Shown here: positions 57,632 through 64,000 of the stretch, piece by piece
How positions within the stretch are numbered: position 1 is the first letter of the stretch
How the letters are laid out: each line of letters begins with the position of its first letter
Origin: Candidatus Eiseniibacteriota bacterium
Lineage (GTDB): Bacteria; Eisenbacteria; RBG-16-71-46; CAZAMP01
Length of the DNA: 64,000 nucleotides
Assembly: GCA_965224245.1 (NCBI GenBank)
Contig: OZ245046.1
Coordinates: forward strand, 1,248,001 to 1,312,000
Reading direction: 5' to 3'
Translations under genes and position numbers: made by a program
Notes under the pieces: generated by a model
Told to the model about the DNA's origin: nothing
Database searches by the model: none
Seen by the model: the letters and a program-made list of their open reading frames with translations, nothing else

Positions 57632-58732
57632 ATGCCGGTAACGATCCTGCGACGCGACATCGAACGTCTGGAGCAGCGTCGCCGCAACGACCCCACCGAC
57701 CGTGACGCCGTCTGGCAGCTCGCTCGTGCGTACGCCGCGTCGGCCGAGCCCCTGAAGGGCGCCGATCTCGTCCGCCCGCTGCTCGACGACACCTCGGAGC
57801 CCGCCGACTTCCTGGGATGCGCCGAGTTCTACCGTCAGGGCGGCCGGGAGGACGCCGCCGTCGACGTGCTCACGTTCGCGGCGGACGCGCGGCCGGAAGA
57901 CGTCCTCGTCTGGTGTGCGCTGTCCCGCTCGCTGTTGAAGCTGGGACGCGTGGACGAGGCGCTGGCGGCGCTCCACGAAGGCGCGCGCCGCGAGCCCGGC
58001 CATCCCGAGATGCTCTTCCGCATGGGCCTCACGCTGGCCGAGGCCGGTCGACTCGACGAGGCCATCGCCGCCTACGAGCGCGCCATCGAGCACAGTCCCG
58101 GGGATGCACGCCTCCACACCAATCTCGGGATGCTCTACGATCAGGTCGGGCGTCAGGCGGACAGCCTGTCGCTCTTCCGGCGTGCGGCGTCGCTCGAGCC
58201 CTCGTCGGTCGAGGCACACCTGAATCTCGGCGCCGCATTTGCCGAGAGCGGGGCCCGCGACGAGGCCATCGTCGAGTTCCGCACCGCGATCGATCTGGAC
58301 CCCGAGTCGTTCGAGGCACACTACAATCTCGGAATGGCACTCATCTCGGCCGGTCGGTTCGGGGATGCGTTCCACGCCCTCCGCCGCTCGCGCGAGCTGA
58401 ACCCCGAGGAGCCGCGCCTCATCTACCACCTGGGCGTCGCCTGTCTCCAGCGCGGTCGCTACGAGCAGGCTCAGCGCTACCTGGAGGAGGCCGAGCGCGC
58501 GCTGCCCGACGATCCGCTGGTGCTGTTCCAGCTCGGCATCACCCACAACCGGCAAGATCACGTCCAGGCGGCGGTTTCGGCGTTCGAGCGTGCGGTGGCC
58601 GCCGATCCGTACATGGGCGACGCCTTCTACTACCTCGGCGTCGCGTACGACAAGAGCGGAGAGTACGAGAAGGCGACCGACGCCTACCGCGCCGCGGAAC
58701 GTCTCGGCCGCGCCGAGACGCACCGTCCTTGA
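57632..58732 (+). CDS. Tetratricopeptide-repeat protein
   Basis: About 9 TPRs (e.g. AHLNLGAAFAESG..DEAI..F..AI.LDP, AHYNLG, AFYYLGVAY). Confidence 0.9.
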   Translation: MPVTILRRDIERLEQRRRNDPTDRDAVWQLARAYAASAEPLKGADLVRPLLDDTSEPADFLGCAEFYRQGGREDAAVDVLTFAADARPEDVLVWCALSRSLLKLGRVDEALAALHEGARREPGHPEMLFRMGLTLAEAGRLDEAIAAYERAIEHSPGDARLHTNLGMLYDQVGRQADSLSLFRRAASLEPSSVEAHLNLGAAFAESGARDEAIVEFRTAIDLDPESFEAHYNLGMALISAGRFGDAFHALRRSRELNPEEPRLIYHLGVACLQRGRYEQAQRYLEEAERALPDDPLVLFQLGITHNRQDHVQAAVSAFERAVAADPYMGDAFYYLGVAYDKSGEYEKATDAYRAAERLGRAETHRP

Positions 58733-59553
58733 CCCCGACCCCCGGCGACGCGCTGTCCCGATCGCTCGACGCGGCGGCCCGGACCGATCGGCTCGCCCTG
58801 GTGCCGTTCGTGACGGGCGGCTTCCCGACGCCCTCGCACTCGCTGGCGCTCATGGAGGCGCTCGCCGACGCCGGGGCCGATGCCCTCGAGGTGGGGATCC
58901 CGTTCTCCGATCCGCTGGCCGACGGGCCCACGATCCAGCGCTCGAGCCAGGCCGCGCTCGACGCCGGCGTGGATGCCGCGGCCGTGCTGGAGCTCATCGC
59001 ACGATTCAGGCGCTCGCACGCCACCCCGATCGTCGTCATGACCTACGCGAACCCGATCCTGGCCATGGGCGCCGATCGCTTCACGGCCGAGGCGTGCCGG
59101 GTCGGCGTCAACGGACTGCTCGTGACGGATCTGCCGCCCGAGGAGCTCCCGGAGCTGTGGTCGGCATTCCGGGACTCGGGGCTGGCCACGATCCAGCTGG
59201 TCGCGCCCACGACGGCCGAGACGCGCGTGCCGAGCCTGACGTCGGCGGCGTCCGGCTTCGTGTACTGCGTCTCGCGCACCGGCGTGACCGGCAAGGGCCA
59301 CACGTTTGCGCAGAACCTGGCCGACCAGATCGGGCGGATCCGGCGGAGCACCGAGCTGCCCGTGCTCGTCGGCTTCGGCGTGCGCGAGCCAGAGGACGTG
59401 GCCGCGGTGGCCCCGATGGCCGACGGCGTCGTCGTGGGAGCGGCTGTGCTGGAGGCGTTCATGAACGAGCCGGACGCGGCCACCGGAATCGCCGGAGCCA
59501 CGGCGCTGATGGCACGACTCCGCCCCGCGCTCCGAAAGCCGGCCCCAGCATGA
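58729..59553 (+). CDS. trpA: Tryptophan synthase alpha subunit
   Basis: LEVGIPFSDPLADGPTIQ, MTYANP, DLPPEE, LVAPTT, SRTGVTG, VGFGV, ADGVVVG; TTG start overlaps the upstream stop. Confidence 0.95.
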   Translation: MTPTPGDALSRSLDAAARTDRLALVPFVTGGFPTPSHSLALMEALADAGADALEVGIPFSDPLADGPTIQRSSQAALDAGVDAAAVLELIARFRRSHATPIVVMTYANPILAMGADRFTAEACRVGVNGLLVTDLPPEELPELWSAFRDSGLATIQLVAPTTAETRVPSLTSAASGFVYCVSRTGVTGKGHTFAQNLADQIGRIRRSTELPVLVGFGVREPEDVAAVAPMADGVVVGAAVLEAFMNEPDAATGIAGATALMARLRPALRKPAPA

Positions 59554-59581
59554 GCGTGCCGCACGAGGAGCGGGAGGGCCC

Positions 59582-60367
59582 GTGGTCTGGCTGAAGGCGT
59601 TCGTGCTCGGGATCGTTCAGGGGGTCACGGAGTTCCTGCCGGTGTCCTCGTCGGGACACCTCGTCCTCGCACGGCACGTCTTCGGGCTCGAAGAGGCCGG
59701 CGCCGCCTTCGACATCCTCCTCCACGTCGCGACGATGATCGCGATCGTGATCGTCTACCAGAGGGACCTCGTCGGGCTCATCCGGACGGCGGTCGACGTG
59801 CTTCGCCGGCAAGCGCGCCCCGAGGATCGAGACCTCCTCGTGGGGCTGATCATCGGCATCGTGCCGGTATCCGTGGTGGGCGTGCTGTTCGCCGACCGGC
59901 TGGAGACCGCGTTCGCCGATCCGCGGCGCGCGGCGGCGATGCTGCTGGTGACGGCCGCGCTGCTGTTCGCGAGCCACGCGTTTCGCCATCGAGCGGGGCG
60001 CGTCACGCCGGGGCGGGCGCTGGTCGTCGGCCTGTTCCAGGTGCTGGCCATCCTGCCCGGGATCAGTCGCTCCGGCACCACGATCTCGGCGGGCATGTTC
60101 GCCGGCATGTCGCCGGATCGGGCCGCCCGGTTCAGCTTCCTGATGGCGGTTCCGCTCTTCGCGGGCGCCGCGGTCGTGAAGCTGCCGGACCTTGCCGAGA
60201 GCCGGTCGCTGATCCCGCCGGGCGCGATGGCGATCGGCTTCCTGGCCAGCCTGGTGTCCGGCTACCTGTCGATTCGCTGGCTTCTCCGCGTGATCGCCAG
60301 GGGGAAGTTCGTGTACTTCGGCGTGTACTGCGCGATCGTGGGACTGCTCGGGATCGTGCTCTCGTGA
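59582..60367 (+). CDS. uppP: Undecaprenyl-diphosphate phosphatase
   Basis: QGVTEFLPVSSSGH, PGISRSGTT, AARFSFL. Confidence 0.95.
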   Translation: MVWLKAFVLGIVQGVTEFLPVSSSGHLVLARHVFGLEEAGAAFDILLHVATMIAIVIVYQRDLVGLIRTAVDVLRRQARPEDRDLLVGLIIGIVPVSVVGVLFADRLETAFADPRRAAAMLLVTAALLFASHAFRHRAGRVTPGRALVVGLFQVLAILPGISRSGTTISAGMFAGMSPDRAARFSFLMAVPLFAGAAVVKLPDLAESRSLIPPGAMAIGFLASLVSGYLSIRWLLRVIARGKFVYFGVYCAIVGLLGIVLS

Positions 60368-60376
60368 CGTCCGGCG

Positions 60377-63214
60377 TCAGTTCGCGACCACGTTCAGGAG
60401 CTTGCCCGGCACGTAGATGACCTTGCGGATCGTCTTGCCGGCGATGTGCCGCTCGATGGACTCCTCGGCCCGGGCGGCGGCCAGGATCGCGTCCTGGTCG
60501 GCGTCGGCAGGCACGTTGACTACCCCGCGCTTTCGTCCCAGCACCTGCACCACGACGTCGATGCTGTCCGAACGCAGCTGGGCCTCGTCGTAGCTCGGCC
60601 AGGCGACGCGCGAGATCGAGTCCTCGTGGCCGAGCCGCTCCCAGAGCTCCTCGGTGATGTGCGGCGCCAGGGGCGCGGTCAGCGTCACGAGCGTCTCCGC
60701 GACCCACCGCGGCAGTTGCTCGAGCGGCACCAGCGCGTTGTTCAGCTCGATGAGCTTGGCGATCGCCGAGTTGAACCGGAGGTCCGAGAGGTTCTCGGTC
60801 ACCGCGTGGATTGTCTGGTGCACCAGCCGGGTGGTCTTCGCGTCGGGGGAGGCGGAGTCGTCCACCCGGAGCTCGCCGGTCTCCTCGTCGATCAGGTTTC
60901 GCCACAGGCGGTGCAGGAAGCGGTGTACGCCGACGATGGCGCGCGTGCTCCACGGCTTGGACTGCTCCAGCGGCCCCATGTACATCTCGTAGAGGCGCAG
61001 CGTGTCCGAGCCGTACTGGTGAATGACGTCCTCGGGCGTCAGGGCGTTCTTGAGGCTCTTGCCCATCTTGCCCAGCGTGCGCGTGACCGGCCGGCCCTCG
61101 TACGTGAACGAGTCGCCGGGCCCTTCGGTGACGGCGTCGGCGTTCACGTACGTGCCGCGCTCGTCCTGGTATGCGTGGGCCAGGATGTAGCCCTGGTTCA
61201 TCAGGCGCCCGAAGGGCTCGGGCGTCGACACGTGGCCGAGATCGTGGAGCACCTTGTGCCAGAAGCGGGCGTACAGGAGGTGCAGCACCGCGTGCTCGAC
61301 TCCGCCCACGTACAGGTCGACGCCGTTCGGCGTCATCCAGTACCGCTCGGCCGCGGCATCGGTCACCACGCGATCGTTCGTGGGATCCAGGAACCGGAGG
61401 TAGTACCAGCACGAGCCGGCCCACTGCGGCATCGTGTTCAGCTCACGCTCCAGGCGGACGCCGTCTCGCTCCACGATGCGCCAGCCGTCTGGCGCGCGCC
61501 CGAGGGCCGGTCGCGGGGGCGCGTCGGGGTCCTGGTCGGCCTCGGGCCGGAAGTCGTCGAGATCGGGCAGCGTGACCGGGAGATCGGTCTCGTCCACGGC
61601 CACCAGCACGCCGTCGGGATCGTGCAGGATCGGGATCGGCTCGCCCCAGTAGCGTTGTCGGCTGAAGAGCCAGTCCCGGAGCCGGTACTGCACCTCGCCC
61701 TCGCCGGCGCCGCTGCGCGTCAGCCAGTCGATCATGGCGGCGATGGCCTCGTCGGTCGGAAGACCGTTCAGCGACACGCCGGCGTTCTCGGACTGGATGC
61801 CGGCGCCGGCGCCGGTGAACGCCTCGGCCCACGCGCCGGGATCCCGCCGGTATGCCTCGCGGCGTGCGGCGGCGTCGGCCGGCGCGTCGGCGGGGGCATG
61901 CGCGGCCAGCCACGCGTCGTCGGGATCGACCACCGCGCGAATCTCGAGGTCGAACGTCCCGGCGAACGCGAAGTCCCGCTCGTCGTGACCCGGCACCGCC
62001 ATGATCGCGCCCGTCCCGTAGCCCATCAGCACGTAGTCGGCGATCCAGATCGGGATCGATCCCCCGGTGGCGGGGTTCGTGGCGGTCGCGCCGGTGAACA
62101 CGCCGGTCTTCACCCTCGCGTCGGCCTGACGATCCACGTCGCTGCGCGTGGCGGTCTCGCTCTGGTACCGCGTGACGGCATCGCGATGCGCGTCGTCGGT
62201 CACGCGGTCCACGAGCGGATGCTCGGGGGCGAGCACCATGTACGTCGCGCCGAACAGGGTGTCGGGCCGGGTCGTGAACACGTCGATCGTGGCGTCGTGG
62301 CCGTCGACCGGGAACCGCACCCGCGCCCCGTGGCTCTTGCCGATCCAGTTGCGCTGCATCAGCCGGACCGGCTCGGGCCAGTCCACGAGCTCGAGATCGT
62401 CGATCAGTCGATCGGCGTACGCCGTGATGCGGAGCATCCACTGGGAGAGGGGACGCTTGAACACCGGATGGTTGCCGCGCTCGGAGCGGCCGTCGGCGGT
62501 GACCTCCTCGTTGGCGAGCACGGTCCCCAGCGCGGGGCACCAGTTCACCGGCACCTCGTCCACGTAGGCCAGGCGCAGCTTGCGAAGACGCGCGTCGCGC
62601 TCGGCCGGCGTGAGCGCCCCCCACGGCTGCTCGTCGCCGAACGCGCCGTCTCCGGGCGCGAGCCGGCTCCCGTCGGGTCGGATCCGGACCTCGTCCCGCT
62701 CGGCTCTGTCGGTCAGCTCGGCGATCGGACGGGCCGCGCCGGCGTCGGGGTCGAACCACGACCCGAAGAGCTGGAGGAAGATCCACTGCGTCCAGCGGTA
62801 GTAGCCGGGGTCGGTGGTCCGGACCTCGCGCTCCCAGTCGAAGCTGAGCCCCAGCCGCTTCATCTGGTCGCGGAACGTGATGACGTTCTCGTCGGTGAAG
62901 GGTCCGGGGTGATTGCCGGTGTCCACCGCGTACTGCTCGGCGGGGAGCCCGAAGGCATCGAATCCCATCGGATGCAGAACGTTGTGGCCGCTCATGCGCT
63001 TGAACCGCGAGTAGATGTCGGTGGCGAAGTAGCCCAGCGGGTGGCCCAGATGCAGCCCCGCGCCCGAGGGATAGGGGAACATGTCGAGCACGTAGGCCTT
63101 CGGCTTCGACGGATCGAAGCCGGGATCGCCGGGTCCGGACACGCGAAACGTCCGGTTGGCCTCCCAGTGGGCCTGCCACTTCCGCTCGATCGCGGTAAAG
63201 TCGTACGGTGTCAT
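60377..63214 (-). CDS. leuS: Leucine--tRNA ligase
   Basis: IERKWQ, DMFPYPSG.GLHLGH, FTTRPDT, GYGTGAIM.VPGHD.RD, LRDWLFSRQRYWG, GGVEHAVLHLLYARF, KMGKS. Confidence 0.98.
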   Translation of the reverse strand: MTPYDFTAIERKWQAHWEANRTFRVSGPGDPGFDPSKPKAYVLDMFPYPSGAGLHLGHPLGYFATDIYSRFKRMSGHNVLHPMGFDAFGLPAEQYAVDTGNHPGPFTDENVITFRDQMKRLGLSFDWEREVRTTDPGYYRWTQWIFLQLFGSWFDPDAGAARPIAELTDRAERDEVRIRPDGSRLAPGDGAFGDEQPWGALTPAERDARLRKLRLAYVDEVPVNWCPALGTVLANEEVTADGRSERGNHPVFKRPLSQWMLRITAYADRLIDDLELVDWPEPVRLMQRNWIGKSHGARVRFPVDGHDATIDVFTTRPDTLFGATYMVLAPEHPLVDRVTDDAHRDAVTRYQSETATRSDVDRQADARVKTGVFTGATATNPATGGSIPIWIADYVLMGYGTGAIMAVPGHDERDFAFAGTFDLEIRAVVDPDDAWLAAHAPADAPADAAARREAYRRDPGAWAEAFTGAGAGIQSENAGVSLNGLPTDEAIAAMIDWLTRSGAGEGEVQYRLRDWLFSRQRYWGEPIPILHDPDGVLVAVDETDLPVTLPDLDDFRPEADQDPDAPPRPALGRAPDGWRIVERDGVRLERELNTMPQWAGSCWYYLRFLDPTNDRVVTDAAAERYWMTPNGVDLYVGGVEHAVLHLLYARFWHKVLHDLGHVSTPEPFGRLMNQGYILAHAYQDERGTYVNADAVTEGPGDSFTYEGRPVTRTLGKMGKSLKNALTPEDVIHQYGSDTLRLYEMYMGPLEQSKPWSTRAIVGVHRFLHRLWRNLIDEETGELRVDDSASPDAKTTRLVHQTIHAVTENLSDLRFNSAIAKLIELNNALVPLEQLPRWVAETLVTLTAPLAPHITEELWERLGHEDSISRVAWPSYDEAQLRSDSIDVVVQVLGRKRGVVNVPADADQDAILAAARAEESIERHIAGKTIRKVIYVPGKLLNVVAN

Positions 63215-63282
63215 GGCGCGGGAGTATAGCCGCAGCGCCGAGGGCGTGCCAGGCGCGATGCGGGCGAACCGATGGAGCACCG

Positions 63283-64000
63283 ATGACGACGATGGAGAGG
63301 GGGTCGCGAGGCCTCGACGTGATGCGGCGCGTGGGGGCCGTGCTCTGGGTGTCGATCGCGCTGGCCGCGGCGAGGCTCTTCGTCGCCGGGGATCACCTGC
63401 GCGGCAGTCCGGTCCTGGCGCTCGCGGTGCTCGCGCTCGTGCTGGCCGGCCCGCTCCTCCTCGTGGGGACGATCGTCCGCGCGGTGCTGGCCGCGATCGC
63501 ACCGGCCCTGGCATCGGATCGGGCGGCGCTCGCGCTGAGCGCGGCGGCGTTCGGGACGCTGAGCGCGATCGGGATGTGGCCGCGGCTCGCGCTGGGACTC
63601 GTGTGCGGGCTCGTGGCGGTCGCGACGTCCGGATCCCCCGCCTCGAGCTCCCGCGGGACAGGATCATCGGATGACGCCGGGTCGCGACGGGGCCCGGCGT
63701 GGCCCCCCGGGAGATGGGGTGTGGTCACGGCGGTCGGGCTGGTCGTGCTACTGGGGCTTCCCCGGTGGATCGTGCGCGGAACCGAGAACCGCCACGCGAT
63801 CGATCTCCGACCGCTCGTGGCCACCCGCGAGAGTTCACCCAGCGTGCTCGTGCTGGGGCTCGACGGGGCCGACGGTGCCGTGCTGGACGAGCTGATCGCC
63901 CGGGGCGAGCTGCCGGCGCTGGCGCGCTTCATCGCCGAGGGCACGCGCCGGCCGATGCGCACGCTCGTCCCGACGTCGTCCCCGTTCATCTGGAATGCCC
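63283..64000 (+). CDS. Membrane-anchored alkaline phosphatase/nucleotide pyrophosphatase family protein, partial (runs off the window)
   Basis: Manual translation: GGAG RBS and ATG, several TM segments, then VLVLGLDGAD..LIARGELPAL..FIAEG..MRT..PT.SP.IW. Confidence 0.8.
   Translation, partial: MTTMERGSRGLDVMRRVGAVLWVSIALAAARLFVAGDHLRGSPVLALAVLALVLAGPLLLVGTIVRAVLAAIAPALASDRAALALSAAAFGTLSAIGMWPRLALGLVCGLVAVATSGSPASSSRGTGSSDDAGSRRGPAWPPGRWGVVTAVGLVVLLGLPRWIVRGTENRHAIDLRPLVATRESSPSVLVLGLDGADGAVLDELIARGELPALARFIAEGTRRPMRTLVPTSSPFIWNA

Noticed and set aside
61055-61070. KMGKS instead of KMSKS in LeuS
   Set aside because: A known natural variant in some bacterial LeuRS enzymes; not evidence of inactivation.
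63215-63667. Track's 150-aa N-terminal extension of LeuS
   Set aside because: It overlaps the divergent phosphatase-family gene; the LeuS-like sequence begins at MTPYDF (63214), which has a -10 element just upstream.

Overview
GC-rich (roughly 70% by eye) bacterial chromosome segment. The gene repertoire (PorZ-like propeller with an FlgD/T9SS-type C-terminal domain, DUF2723, DUF6754 cluster, Cys-capped beta-helix surface protein) suggests an FCB-group lineage such as Eisenbacteria/Krumholzibacteriota; this is inference. Left to right: (1) a giant secreted minus-strand protein built from 804-bp/268-aa beta-helix repeats with a mosaic pattern of variants, running off the left edge and missing from the ORF track; (2) a WbpD-like acetyltransferase; (3) DUF1015-serA-serC and a TPR-wHTH protein; (4) an FMN riboswitch heading ribD (frameshifted)-ribE-ribBA-ribH-nusB, which continues without gaps into a glycosylation cluster (GT4, flippase-like protein, DUF2723/TMEM260-like GT-C, epimerase, GT2, polyprenol-P-mannose synthase, GT2 fused to a degenerate PGT, PorZ-like protein); (5) a dcw cluster with MraZ boxes, an inserted STAS gene, a MurG with a long basic tail, and no murB/ddl/ftsA; (6) a TPR gene and a four-gene uncharacterised membrane module headed by DUF6754; (7) recG, a zinc-ribbon/RomX-like protein, an orphan MglA GTPase with a long tail, TPR-trpA-uppP, leuS and the start of an alkaline-phosphatase-family membrane protein. 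No rRNA, tRNA, CRISPR array or mobile element was seen. All family calls come from reading motifs by eye; no searches were run.
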